A stretch of DNA of 64,000 nt from Candidatus Latescibacterota bacterium (GTDB taxonomy: Bacteria > Latescibacterota > UBA2968 > UBA8231), in assembly GCA_965243025.1 (NCBI GenBank), contig CBDETY010000003.1:2144001-2208000 (forward strand), read 5' to 3'. Under the pieces are notes generated by a model. That model was not told the DNA's origin. It did not search any database and saw nothing but the letters and a program-made list of their open reading frames with translations. Position numbers and translations under genes: made by a program. This document shows, piece by piece, positions 10,901-19,893 of this stretch (the stretch's first letter is position 1; each line of letters starts with the position of its first letter).

Positions 10901-11179
10901 GTCAACGAGGCCGAGACCTCCCCCTACAACCACTTCGTGACCTTCAGCCACCTGCCGCGGAGAGCGACCATCCGGCTGTACGACCTGGCCGGCAACCTCG
11001 TGCGCGCGCTGGAGAAGAGCGATCCCGACCCCTTCCTGCGCTGGGATCTCAACAACCACAACGGCCTGCCGGTGGCCAGCGGCATCTACCTCGCCCACAT
11101 AGAACTGCCGGATGTCGGCAGGAACCGTGTCCTGAGGGTGGTGATCCTTCAGGAACAGCAGTTCCTGGAAAGCTACTGA
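7925..11179 (+). CDS. Large acidic secreted protein with T9SS-A/FlgD-like C-terminal sorting domain
   Basis: Signal peptide; DxDxDG Ca-binding loops; FN3-like YYFAVTAY; C-terminal INVFPNPYY...IRLYDLAGNLVR...WDLNN..GLPVASGIYLAH. Confidence 0.8.
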   Translation: MKKLITFVAAGALLGATDPVEGRGLQAYGAAKAAQDETISGQQTLINVNNMSMWFKRDGWSGRNPLNDNSGVTFPRSTGAVIFQDGLIWGGMVRDGDPQELRVGGQTYAIGTVPGRILSRGVAEDPGDPGVRIYRIRRDYRTADLRLDASEGLGVGLSSVTDGDVEDLRAQYERDWREWPWEKGAPYYDNDGDGSYDPDVDEPGVAGADQVAWFVVNDLDEGATQALYGSNPIGLEVQMLFWAYARTDALGDVIFKKYTVIYKGASATPDTARIEDMYFAQWSDPDLGDYGDDFAGADVGLSLGYVYNSTDHDHTYDFFGLAPPAVGYDFLQGPVVPVYLKDDNGDTLLDEDGNPVLDGSSEAIFNFGLRPGFRNLPMTSFVYFAAGSAISDPELGDYIGTQQWYNLLRGFQPQPDIDNPVPYTNPLTGEATFFTLDGDPTTAQGWNDGVPLPSGDRRIVLNTGPFEMALGDTQEVVVALLGGISTDRLRSVSKLKFSDQFVQDAYNSFFEVPSPPVGPDVRVTELEARVLLDWGWNEDAIAQTEADDGSGFLFEGYNLYQLPSAEAPLGQGTRLATYDLENGVASILGIALDDESGVILDVPLQIGADFGVRRRVWVTHDALRGGPLVNGQEYYFAVTAYNRNTAEEAAVTTLESSPRTLICVPRKPPPGTRYGTEADDSIPVDHLGGSEGTVLVKVVDPTRTTGDSYQVEFGEMEGTVVWNLVNTTSGEAVLENQTDQTGMSNYMPDDGFEFMVSGPPLAIKGWTWMRDGEPNDDDRWLTGVNWGGGSFFGGVDLGAYFFGSSIVTGAEFIAIEIRFSNTDTQKAYRYLRGGDPNYGFQDFVEVPFTVWDIDSDPPRQLNAAFVENSGSTSEDGTWLPADTEEDRPLGGREYLFILNSDYSDQSLAQYSEGKSILADAETFDVLYAGWLKLADGHESSELTDGQALRLTPYRVNTPEDIFSFQVPGTSFDSELQKEDVALINVFPNPYYGVNEAETSPYNHFVTFSHLPRRATIRLYDLAGNLVRALEKSDPDPFLRWDLNNHNGLPVASGIYLAHIELPDVGRNRVLRVVILQEQQFLESY

Positions 11180-11186
11180 GCGGAAA

Positions 11187-12245
11187 ATGTCGAACAGGAG
11201 ACCTGTCATGATTCGGATCGACCAACGCGTCCGGTTCCTTCTGCTGGCCTGTCTCTTTCTGGGCTGCGTGCAGGCGCACGCAGCGGGTCGCGACCGCATC
11301 GGCACCGCGGCCGCGCCGGAGCTGCTGATTCCGGTGGGGGCCCGCGACATGGGCCTGGGGGGCGCTTCCATCGCCACGACCTCCGGAGTGGAAGCCCTGC
11401 ACTGGAATCCCGCGGGACTGTGCCGTTCGGCGAACGACGTCGACCTGATGGTGTCGACCATGGATTACATCGCCGGAATTCAGGTCAACTACGCCGCGGT
11501 GGGCAGCCTCTTCCCCTCGATCGGCAGCCTCGCCCTGAGCATCAAGTCGCTGGACATCGGGGACATTCCGATCACCACCGAGACCCAGCCGGACGGTACG
11601 GGGGCCACCTTCAAGCCGACCTTCATGACCCTGGGGGTCCACTTCGGACGCGCCCTGACCGACCGCATCGGCGTCGGCGGGACCGTGCACTACGTGACCA
11701 ACCGGATCGAGCGCGCCCAGGCGACGGGCATGTCCTTCAGCGCCGGGCTGCAGTATTCCGACCTCGGCGGCATCGAAGGGCTGGACCTCGGCGTGGCCCT
11801 CAAGCACATCGGCCAGCGGCAGAGTTACGAAGGTCCGGCGCTGCTGAACCGGGGAGATATAGGTTCCCTGCGACGCGGCCCTTCCTTCTACAGCGTCCAG
11901 GCGAGCTCGGCCGACCTGCCTTCGACCTTCGAGCTGGGTCTGGCCTGGAACTACCCGGTGACGTCGATGGGAGAGCTGAATCTCAGCTCCGTCTTCGAGC
12001 ACCAGAACTACAGCTACGACCAGTACAAGCTGGGAGTTGAGTACGTGCTCAACGGCTTCCTGGCCCTGCGCGGCGGCTTCGACTACGCCGCCGGCGCCGA
12101 GGACGACTCCTACCTGTTCGGCAACAGCTTCGGACTGGGGCTGAGCCTGCCCGGCGGCAAGACCCGCTCCCGGCTCGACTACGCCTACGGCAGCGTCGAC
12201 CGCTTCGACGCGCTCCACACCTTCACCTTGCAGGTCGGCTTCTGA
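11187..12245 (+). CDS. PorV/PorQ-family (UPF0164, FadL-like) outer-membrane beta-barrel
   Basis: GTAAAPELLIPVGARDMGLGGA...ALHWNPAGL signature and terminal aromatic residue (QVGF). True start may be ATG 11208. Confidence 0.85.
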   Translation: MSNRRPVMIRIDQRVRFLLLACLFLGCVQAHAAGRDRIGTAAAPELLIPVGARDMGLGGASIATTSGVEALHWNPAGLCRSANDVDLMVSTMDYIAGIQVNYAAVGSLFPSIGSLALSIKSLDIGDIPITTETQPDGTGATFKPTFMTLGVHFGRALTDRIGVGGTVHYVTNRIERAQATGMSFSAGLQYSDLGGIEGLDLGVALKHIGQRQSYEGPALLNRGDIGSLRRGPSFYSVQASSADLPSTFELGLAWNYPVTSMGELNLSSVFEHQNYSYDQYKLGVEYVLNGFLALRGGFDYAAGAEDDSYLFGNSFGLGLSLPGGKTRSRLDYAYGSVDRFDALHTFTLQVGF

Positions 12246-12255
12246 AGCAACGCCG

Positions 12256-12357
12256 CAAGGTCAGCTGACCTTGTGCGAGGTTGCGCGTACTTTGTGCGCC
12301 GAAGTCTGACTCCGCACCGGACAGGCGCTTCACCGGTTGTCGGATGGAGCGCCTGTC
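12256..12357. repeat. Intergenic palindrome plus long hairpin
   Basis: Perfect 18-bp palindrome CAAGGTCAGCTGACCTTG (12256-12273); stem GACAGGCGCT/AGCGCCTGTC (12320-12357). Confidence 0.6.
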
Positions 12358-12394
12358 GCTTTCCGCCCATCCCGCTCACAAGCGAGATTCCGCG

Positions 12395-15300
12395 ATGAAG
12401 GTTCCGCGACCGGGCATTCTGTGCCTCGTCACCCTGTTCTGGACCCTCCTGCCCGGGACCCTCGAGGCCCAGTCGCAGGCGACCACCGGGGTCATCCGCG
12501 GTTCCGTCCGGGACCAGTTCGACAACCCCGTGGCCGCGGCCGCGGTCGCGCTCAGGGAGACCCGGACCAACTACGAGCGCACCCTTACCTCGTCGGATCT
12601 CGGGCTCTTCACCGCGGCCCTGCTCCCTCTCGGCAGCTACGACGTGACGGTGCGGGCTCCGGGGTGGAGCGAGGTGCGGCAGACCGGGGTTCAGGTACGG
12701 GTCGGGGAGACCGTCGAGCTCGCGGTCCGGCTGGTTCCGCGAATGGAGGAGATCGTCGTCGAGGCCGACCTGCCCGCGGTGGACGTTACCCGGAGCGAGG
12801 CGGCCACGCGGCTGCCGGAAGAGGCGGTGCGCGACCTGCCCAACAACGGCCGCAGCTTCCTCAACCTGACCCTGCTGACCCCGGGGGTTGCAATCGTTCA
12901 GGGACCCGACGGGGACGAGTTGAGCATCGCCGGGCAGCGGGGCATCCACAACAACATCTCCGTGGACGGGGCCGACTTCAACAACCCCTTCTTCGGCGAG
13001 CAGCGGGGCGGCCAGCGCCCGGCCTTCACCTTCAATCTCGACGCGGTCGAGGAGATGGTGGTGGTGCCCCAGGGTGCCAACGCCGAGTTCGGCCGCTCCA
13101 GCGGCGGCTTCGTCAACGTCATCACCAAGTCGGGCAGCAACCAGCTGCACGGCTCGCTGCATTTCTTCGGCAAGAACGGGGCCCTGTCCGGCACCGCGAG
13201 GCACGACGGGTTGCGGCGCGAGCCGGATTTCAGCCAGGGGCAGGCCGGCTTCACCCTGGGCGGCCCTTTGCTGAAGGACCGGGTCTTCTTTTTCACGGCC
13301 TACGATCAGCAGCTGCTCAGAGACACCCGGCAGCAGGAGAAAGAGCGCATCGACGGCCGGCTGCGCGCCTTCATGGACACGCAGTTCGACGGGGCCCTGG
13401 CCGGCGACTACGGCCCCATCGACCGCAGCGACGACGCCCGCGCCTTCCTCGCCAGGATCGATTGGCGCCTGTCGGAGGATCAGTCGGCCACCTTCAAGTA
13501 CAACTACACCTGGTCGGAGCAGGAGAACGGCACCTTCGACGTCGATTCCTGGGCGCGCAGCGCCAACGCCGTCGAAAGGGACTGGTCGCACGCCTTCAAC
13601 GGCAGCCTGCTGTCGCTGCTCTCCTCTACGGCGACCAACGAGCTGCGCTTCCAGGTTTCGCGCGAGGACCGCCCGCGCCCCTACAGGGGGCCCCTCAATC
13701 CCCGAACCGGGCGGCCCTTCCCCGACACGGCCATGGATTTCGACCGCGGCTACCGCTTCGGCATGCCCTACTTCATACCGGTCGAGTACTACGACACCCG
13801 CATCCAGCTCCTCGACAACATCTCCGTTGCCAGGGGGGATCACCTGATCAAGGCCGGCATCGAGTGGAACCGGGTGGAATCGGTCCAGACCTTCATCGGT
13901 TTCGCCAACGGCCGCTACATCTTCAGCTCGACCGAGGGTTTCCTCAACTTCGTCGAACAGGGGGACGGCTACGTCGAGTGCTCCGACGGCAGCACCGCCG
14001 GCACCGGGGCCTGCCCCGACGGGACGGAGATCGCCGGGCCGGTCCTGGTTTACCTGCAGCAGGCAGGCGCCGGGGGGCTGACCGTGGAAGAAGCCGGCAC
14101 CCAGGAAATCCCCCAGCACGAGCTGGCCCTTTTCGTTCAGGACAGCTGGAAACCTTCGGACAGGCTCACCCTCAACTACGGCATGCGCTGGGAAGCGCAG
14201 ATCCAGCCGGATGTCATCACCGATCCGGAGGAGGTGTTTTTCGCCGGTTTCATCGGCCGCACGGTCAGCAACGAAACGGGCACGTACGAGTTCCCCTCCA
14301 ACGGCGGGATCCCCTCCGACCGGGGCATGCTCCAGCCGCGCCTGGGGGTGGCGTGGGATCTGCACGGGGACGGCAGGACCCTGCTGCGCGGCAGCGCCGG
14401 TATCTACCACGCCCGCATCCCCGGCCTCAACCTCGCCAGCTCGCGCTCGACCAACGGCTCCCGCGGCCAGACGATCTTCCGCTCGAGCGCCCTGACGCCG
14501 GTTCTCGGGGCGCCCCCTGCCTACGGAGAGCTGTTGCCCTCTCCGGCGGGCGATCCCTTCCGGCCCAACATCTTCGTCTTCGACCAGGATTTCGAGAACC
14601 CGCGGACCATCAGTCTGAACGCGGGGATCGAACGGGAGCTGCATCCATCGGGGCTGGTCGGTTCCCTCGGGTACACCTGGTCCCGGACCGACCGCCTGAC
14701 GCGCTTCGTCAACCGCAACGACGCGGTCTTCGGCTCCCCGTGGTCGACCGGCCTGGGGGCGGACGGCGGCAACGGCATCGGCGACCTGACCGTGGTCGAG
14801 AGCACCGCCGAGTCCCGCTACCACGGCGTGGATTTCGGCCTGCGTCAGATGCTGCGGAAGGACCTGCAGTTCCAGGTCAACTACACCCTGTCGTGGGACC
14901 GGTCGGACGACGACAACGAGCGCGACCCCTTCACCTTCCGCTACGTCGACGCGACCCGGCTCGACCGCGAGTGGGGCTGGTCGGACCGCGACCAGCGCCA
15001 CCGCTTCAACGCCTGGGCCCTGGCGGGGCTGCCCGGCGGGTTCCTGCTCAACAACCGCCTGAGCTGGTACTCGGCGCAGCCGGTCTCCGAATCCTGCGGC
15101 GCCGGCAACCGGGGCACCGGGCATCCGGCGGTCAACCCCTGGGGCGCCCTCTCCGACCGCATTTGCGGCGACGGCAGCATCCTCCGGCGCAACTCCCTGC
15201 GCAAGGAGAACGAGTTCTTCTCGTGGGACCTGCGCCTGTCGCGGCCCATTCCGATGGGCCCCGGCAGGCTGGAGGCCATCGTCGAGGTCTTCAACCTGCT

Positions 15301-15421
15301 CAACACCGACAATTTCCGCGATCCGGCCAGCGGGGGCCTGCTGTTCAATTTCGACGGCACCGTGCAGTCCGGCCTCGGCGATCCGCGCGAGGTGCAGATC
15401 GGCTTCCGCTACGTCTATTGA
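12395..15421 (+). CDS. Oar-like TonB-dependent receptor
   Basis: Signal peptide from ATG 12395; motifs LPNNGRSFLNL..LTPG, AEFGRSSGGFVNVITKSG, FVQDSWK and QPRLGVAWD; C-terminal PREVQIGFRYVY. Confidence 0.9.
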   Translation: MKVPRPGILCLVTLFWTLLPGTLEAQSQATTGVIRGSVRDQFDNPVAAAAVALRETRTNYERTLTSSDLGLFTAALLPLGSYDVTVRAPGWSEVRQTGVQVRVGETVELAVRLVPRMEEIVVEADLPAVDVTRSEAATRLPEEAVRDLPNNGRSFLNLTLLTPGVAIVQGPDGDELSIAGQRGIHNNISVDGADFNNPFFGEQRGGQRPAFTFNLDAVEEMVVVPQGANAEFGRSSGGFVNVITKSGSNQLHGSLHFFGKNGALSGTARHDGLRREPDFSQGQAGFTLGGPLLKDRVFFFTAYDQQLLRDTRQQEKERIDGRLRAFMDTQFDGALAGDYGPIDRSDDARAFLARIDWRLSEDQSATFKYNYTWSEQENGTFDVDSWARSANAVERDWSHAFNGSLLSLLSSTATNELRFQVSREDRPRPYRGPLNPRTGRPFPDTAMDFDRGYRFGMPYFIPVEYYDTRIQLLDNISVARGDHLIKAGIEWNRVESVQTFIGFANGRYIFSSTEGFLNFVEQGDGYVECSDGSTAGTGACPDGTEIAGPVLVYLQQAGAGGLTVEEAGTQEIPQHELALFVQDSWKPSDRLTLNYGMRWEAQIQPDVITDPEEVFFAGFIGRTVSNETGTYEFPSNGGIPSDRGMLQPRLGVAWDLHGDGRTLLRGSAGIYHARIPGLNLASSRSTNGSRGQTIFRSSALTPVLGAPPAYGELLPSPAGDPFRPNIFVFDQDFENPRTISLNAGIERELHPSGLVGSLGYTWSRTDRLTRFVNRNDAVFGSPWSTGLGADGGNGIGDLTVVESTAESRYHGVDFGLRQMLRKDLQFQVNYTLSWDRSDDDNERDPFTFRYVDATRLDREWGWSDRDQRHRFNAWALAGLPGGFLLNNRLSWYSAQPVSESCGAGNRGTGHPAVNPWGALSDRICGDGSILRRNSLRKENEFFSWDLRLSRPIPMGPGRLEAIVEVFNLLNTDNFRDPASGGLLFNFDGTVQSGLGDPREVQIGFRYVY

Positions 15422-15684
15422 ATTCGCTGCTGCTTCCCGACTTTCTGCGTGGCCGGGGTCCTTCTGCAAGCCGGCTGCGCGCCCCGCCTCAGACCGCCGC
15501 AGCAATCAGGCGGTTAACCGGCCGCTTGCCCGCAAAGAGATGCCCCGCTTATTCCCGGGGGTCGGTCCAGCGCCGATGACTTTCTTTGTAAATTGGTTAC
15601 GGTTACCGCCCGGTTCGATTACCTCACTGTGAATCCACCCCCCCGGCATCCGGAGCGAATGAGCATCCCTCGAGGAAATCCCGC

Positions 15685-16842
15685 ATGAACGCCCCCGGCC
15701 AGGAACAGCGGATTCAGACCGTCTGCCTGCTCCTTCTGACCATCGTCGCCGTGGCCGCGGCGCTCTTCTGGCTGCGCTCGGTCATGGTTCCCTTCGTGTT
15801 CGCCGTCCTCATCGCTTTCGGCCTGTCCCCCCTGATCAACCTGCAGGTGCGGCATCTCCGCTTCCCCCGGGCCCTGGCCATACTCGCCACCCTGGTTGCC
15901 GGATTCCTGATCCTCGTTCTGTTAGGGGTGCTGGTCTCGACGTCGGTCGGACAGCTGGCCGCGAAGGCGGACGACTACCTGCAGAGGCTGGTGCAGCTTC
16001 TCGACGTAGTCGTGGCGGCGATGCCCGGGCACCTCGAGGACGAGGCGAGGCGGGCGGTCGATTCGCTGTCGGACATCTCCCTGTCCACGGCCGGCACCAT
16101 TCTCGTCACGGTCACCAACGAGCTTCTCAGTCTGCTGTCGAGGGGCCTTCTGGTAATGATCTTCGTCGGCTTCATGCTCGCCGGAGGCTCGGAACTCGAG
16201 CGGACGCGAAACCAGTTCTGGAAAGAGGTCCAGTCACGCATTCAGCGCTACATCATCGTCAAGTCGCTGGTGTCCGCCCTGACCGGGGGGCTCGTCGGCA
16301 TCATTCTGGCAGTTCTCGGCATCGATCTCGCCCTGGTCTTCGGGGTATTCGCGTTTCTCCTGAACTTCATCCCGAGCGTCGGTTCGATCATCGCCACCCT
16401 CCTGCCCCTGCCGGTGCTGATCGTCAGCCCCGACCTCTCCCTGACGACCTGCGTGCTCGCCATTCTCCTGCCGATGACGGTGCAGTTCATCGTCGGCAAC
16501 ATCGTCGACCCGAAGCTGATGGGAAAGACTCTCGACCTGCATCCGGTCGCGCTGCTGCTGGCACTGATCGTCTGGGGGACCATCTGGGGGGTCGTCGGAA
16601 TGCTTCTCGCCGCCCCGATTACGGCGATTCTCAAGTTCATCTTCGAACGGATGGAGGTCACGGCGCCGCTTGCCGAGCTGCTTGCCGGGCGGCTGGCCGG
16701 CCGACCGACCGAGGAGGAGGATGGCCCGGCAGAAGAAACCGGGCACCATGAGGCGGAAGAAGCCGCTGCCCCCGAGGAGGGGGAAGAGGTGGAAAGCACT
16801 TCCGAAGGACAGCGATGCCCGGCGGACGGGAAGCCCGATTGA
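15685..16842 (+). CDS. AI-2E family transporter
   Basis: Multi-TM protein; motifs AFLLNFIPSVGS, GNIVDPKLMG..LDLHP and WG.IWGVVGMLLAAP. Confidence 0.9.
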   Translation: MNAPGQEQRIQTVCLLLLTIVAVAAALFWLRSVMVPFVFAVLIAFGLSPLINLQVRHLRFPRALAILATLVAGFLILVLLGVLVSTSVGQLAAKADDYLQRLVQLLDVVVAAMPGHLEDEARRAVDSLSDISLSTAGTILVTVTNELLSLLSRGLLVMIFVGFMLAGGSELERTRNQFWKEVQSRIQRYIIVKSLVSALTGGLVGIILAVLGIDLALVFGVFAFLLNFIPSVGSIIATLLPLPVLIVSPDLSLTTCVLAILLPMTVQFIVGNIVDPKLMGKTLDLHPVALLLALIVWGTIWGVVGMLLAAPITAILKFIFERMEVTAPLAELLAGRLAGRPTEEEDGPAEETGHHEAEEAAAPEEGEEVESTSEGQRCPADGKPD

Positions 16843-16884
16843 GGGCTGCCTGAGGGGACTTCGGCGCGCCGGCTTCGGTGTTCC

Positions 16885-17895
16885 CTACCGCGGAGCGACC
16901 CCCTCCGGAAGCAGTTCCCCGGCCTCCAGCTCCGCCCACAGCGCCGGCGGGATCTCCTCCTGCATCAGGCGCGCGTTCGCCTCGAGCTCGGCCACCGAGG
17001 CCGCGCCGGGAACCACCGAGATCACCGCCTCGTGTCCGAAGGGGAACTGCAGGGCCGCCGCCCTCAGGTCTACGCCGTGGCGGTCGCAGACCGACTTGAG
17101 CTCCCGGGCCCGCTCCACCAGGTGATCGGGCGCGGGCTGGTAGTCGAAGGACACCGGCCTGCCAAGGTCCCCGGCGAGGATGCCGCTGTTGTAGGGCCCG
17201 CCGATTACCAGCCTGACGCCCCGCTCCACGCACAGCGGCAGCAGCTCCGGCAGGGCGGACTGGTCGAGCAGGGTGTAGCGTCCGGCCAGGAGTATGCAAT
17301 CGAGGTCGAAGCGGGCCGCCATCCGCGCCGTCCGCTCCCACTCGTTCATCCCCATGCCGACCGCCCTGACCGCGCCGCTCGCCCGCAGCTCGACGGCGGC
17401 CTGAAGCGCCTCGACGAAGACCTCGTCGGCGTGCTGCCCCTTGAAGTCGCTGTCGTGGACGAAGAAGATGTCGACCCCGTCCAACCCCAGCCTTTCCAGG
17501 CTCGAATCGAGGGAAGCCCGCAGGCCTTCGGCGCTGAAGTCGAAATCGCAGGTACAGCGCCGAATCCCCTCCTCGCTCCAGGGCTGCGGGTTTTCGGGGT
17601 CGGGCCGCAGCAGACGCCCGCCCTTGGTCGACACGGCGAACGACCCCCGGGGAAGCTGCGCCAGCACCCGCCCGCAGCGGACTTCGCTGCGCCCCTCGCC
17701 GTACAGGGGGGCGGTGTCGAAATAGCGCACACCCATCTCCCAGGCGCGGCGGATGATTTCCAGGGCCTCTGCGTACCCGCAGCCCTGGTAAATCCCGTCG
17801 GCCAGGACCATCCCTCCCAGGGGCGCGCCGCCGAGGCCCAGGCGCGTCACCGACACCCCCGTGTCGCCGATCTCCACCTTTTCGAAAGGGTCCAT
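16885..17895 (-). CDS. Aldo/keto reductase (D-threo-aldose / L-fucose 1-dehydrogenase-like)
   Basis: Motifs LGLGGAPLG, FDTAPLYG, STKGGR, SLERLG, LLAGRYTLL and GGPYNSGIL. Confidence 0.85.
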   Translation of the reverse strand: MDPFEKVEIGDTGVSVTRLGLGGAPLGGMVLADGIYQGCGYAEALEIIRRAWEMGVRYFDTAPLYGEGRSEVRCGRVLAQLPRGSFAVSTKGGRLLRPDPENPQPWSEEGIRRCTCDFDFSAEGLRASLDSSLERLGLDGVDIFFVHDSDFKGQHADEVFVEALQAAVELRASGAVRAVGMGMNEWERTARMAARFDLDCILLAGRYTLLDQSALPELLPLCVERGVRLVIGGPYNSGILAGDLGRPVSFDYQPAPDHLVERARELKSVCDRHGVDLRAAALQFPFGHEAVISVVPGAASVAELEANARLMQEEIPPALWAELEAGELLPEGVAPR

Positions 17896-17899
17896 GCAC

Positions 17900-18796
17900 T
17901 CACTCCAGCCCGTAAATCCGTTCGGCGTTGCCGGCGAACAGCCTGGCCTGCTCTTCCCGGGGCCGCGCGGAGACGATCTCTCTCAGGGAAGCGGTCCAGG
18001 CGCCGAGGTCCGCCCCGAGGTTGCAGACAGGCCAGTCGCCGCCGAAGACCACCCGCTCCGGCCCGAAGCAGTCCAGGCAGTGATCGACGGCCGGCGCCAG
18101 GGTGGCGGCGCTCCATCCGGCGGGGGCGCGGGCGACGATACCGGAGATCTTGCAGACGACGTGCTCCCGTTCCCCCAGCGCCGCGATATCGCTGAGCCAC
18201 TGCTCCCTGGTGTGGCTGAAGGGGTTGGCCGGGTCGTACCCGGCGGCGCCGTTGACGACGCCCGGGTCGGCGTTGCCGCAGTGGTCGAGAATGAAGCGGG
18301 TGTCCGGACACCTGTCCACCAGACCGACGGCATCCCCCAGCTCGGACGGCCTCAGACACAGATCGAAGCTCAGGCCGGACTCGCCGAGGTAGCGGATGTC
18401 GCTGACGAATCCCTCCCGCAGGCAGCGCCCGGGTCCGGCGGCCGGCACGTGCAGCACCTGCCGGATTCCCTTGACGAACCCGTTTCCCCTGTAGCGGTCG
18501 ATGTAGTCGCGGAACCCCTCCTCCCCCGGGCTCCCGGAGATCACCGCCCCGGCGACCGGGTTGTCCTCGGCGGCGCACAGGCCGATGGCGAAATCCGCCT
18601 CGGCTGGCCTCTGGTCCGGGTCGAGGTCGACCTCCATGTAGATGGTCCGGTCGATGCCGGTCCCCTCGGCAGCGGCGAGATAGTCGCCGACGAGGTGATT
18701 CCCCTGCAACGGCCCGGTACCCTCCCCGTCGAGCCAGGGCAGCGAGAACCGGTCCAGGTCCCAAAGGTGCTGATGGGTATCGACGATCGGCAGCAT
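17900..18796 (-). CDS. Amidohydrolase_2 family, sugar lactonase (L-fuconolactonase-like)
   Basis: Start MLPIVDTHQHLW at 18796 with a GGAGG RBS; motifs ILDHCG, CKISG, FGGDWPVC and NAERIY. Confidence 0.85.
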   Translation of the reverse strand: MLPIVDTHQHLWDLDRFSLPWLDGEGTGPLQGNHLVGDYLAAAEGTGIDRTIYMEVDLDPDQRPAEADFAIGLCAAEDNPVAGAVISGSPGEEGFRDYIDRYRGNGFVKGIRQVLHVPAAGPGRCLREGFVSDIRYLGESGLSFDLCLRPSELGDAVGLVDRCPDTRFILDHCGNADPGVVNGAAGYDPANPFSHTREQWLSDIAALGEREHVVCKISGIVARAPAGWSAATLAPAVDHCLDCFGPERVVFGGDWPVCNLGADLGAWTASLREIVSARPREEQARLFAGNAERIYGLE

Positions 18797-18934
18797 GTTT
18801 CCTCCCTCCAGGTTGTGATTTACTGAAGGTACGGCGACGATTGTTTCACGACCCGGCTTTTTCACCGGGTTTTCTCGACTTTCACGTGTGCACGGGATTG
18901 GCCATTTTGTATCTTTCGTAAGCGAACCGGTCGA

Positions 18935-19420
18935 ATGGCCGACGAGTCGGCTTCCTGGTCCATGAGGAGCGAGGCAGTGGACGCAAATCTCGAGTTGGAT
19001 GTCAGGCTCGACCCCGAAGAGCCCAGGCGGGTTGCCGAGCAGTTCGAGCGCTTCGGAGCCGAGCATGGGTTGCCGGACAGAACGATTTTCGGATTTCAGC
19101 TTGCGCTTGACGAGATTCTGACCAACGTGATCTCCTACGCCTTCGAGGACGGCGCTCCCGATCCGGTCATCAAGGTCAACTTCGACCTCGACGACACCCG
19201 GCTCGAGGTGGTCGTCCAGGACAACGGCCGGCCCTTCGACCCGCTCCAGGACGCCGACGAGCCGGATTTGACCCTTCCCGCCTCTGGCCGCCCCATCGGC
19301 GGCCTCGGCATCCATCTCACAAAGGCATTCGTTCACACGCTTTCCTATGAGCGGGTGGACGGGTACAACCGATTGAACCTCGTGCAGCCCATGGAGGCGC
19401 ACCCGGAGGACAATGCATGA
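18935..19420 (+). CDS. Anti-sigma factor Ser/Thr kinase (RsbW-like, HATPase_c_2)
   Basis: Intact N box LALDEILTNVISYA, G1 box QDNGRPFDP and G2 box GGLGIHL. Start codon uncertain. Confidence 0.9.
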   Translation: MADESASWSMRSEAVDANLELDVRLDPEEPRRVAEQFERFGAEHGLPDRTIFGFQLALDEILTNVISYAFEDGAPDPVIKVNFDLDDTRLEVVVQDNGRPFDPLQDADEPDLTLPASGRPIGGLGIHLTKAFVHTLSYERVDGYNRLNLVQPMEAHPEDNA

Positions 19421-19752
19421 ACGTCGACACGAGCTTTTCCGGAAGCACCGCAGTCGCCGCAGTGAACGGCCGCGTTGATTCGGCCAATGCCAAGAGTTTC
19501 GAAGAAGAGCTGAGCGCCATCATCGACCAGGGGGCCACCGGCCTCGTGGTCGATTGCGGCGAGCTCAACTACATCAGCAGCGCCGGGCTGCGGGTCTTCC
19601 TGATCGCCATCAGGAAAACCAGCGCCGCGGGTGGAGGCCTGGCTCTTTGCCGGGTGCCCGAACATATACAGGAAGTGCTGGAGATAAGCGGTTTTTCCCG
19701 CCTGACGAAGATTTTCCCCACGGTGGAAGAGGCGCGGGACAGCTTCGGATAG
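19417..19752 (+). CDS. STAS-domain anti-anti-sigma factor (RsbV/SpoIIAA-like)
   Basis: GRVDS, LNYISSAGLRV (phospho-Ser motif) and VLEISGF; ATGA overlap with the upstream kinase. Confidence 0.92.
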   Translation: MNVDTSFSGSTAVAAVNGRVDSANAKSFEEELSAIIDQGATGLVVDCGELNYISSAGLRVFLIAIRKTSAAGGGLALCRVPEHIQEVLEISGFSRLTKIFPTVEEARDSFG

Positions 19753-19893
19753 CTTCCCGGCCATGAAGTGCATTGGACCGGCGAGCCCGTGCCCGCGGGT
19801 ATGCCGGCCCATAATGCGACCCGGTTCAGCCACCCGGGCTCCATACGTCCCGACCCTGGGACGGCACTCCCAAACCCCGCTCGAGGAGGACGC

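Noticed and set aside
5588-15579. Long alternative-frame and antisense ORFs (746, 949, 1106 and 1080 aa)
   Set aside because: Shadow ORFs of the TonB, CTD and PorV genes with low-complexity Arg/Pro/Gly-rich or motif-free translations
17900-19402. 500-aa version of the amidohydrolase
   Set aside because: The first ~200 aa are antisense to the RsbW gene and the intergenic region; homology and the RBS begin at 18796
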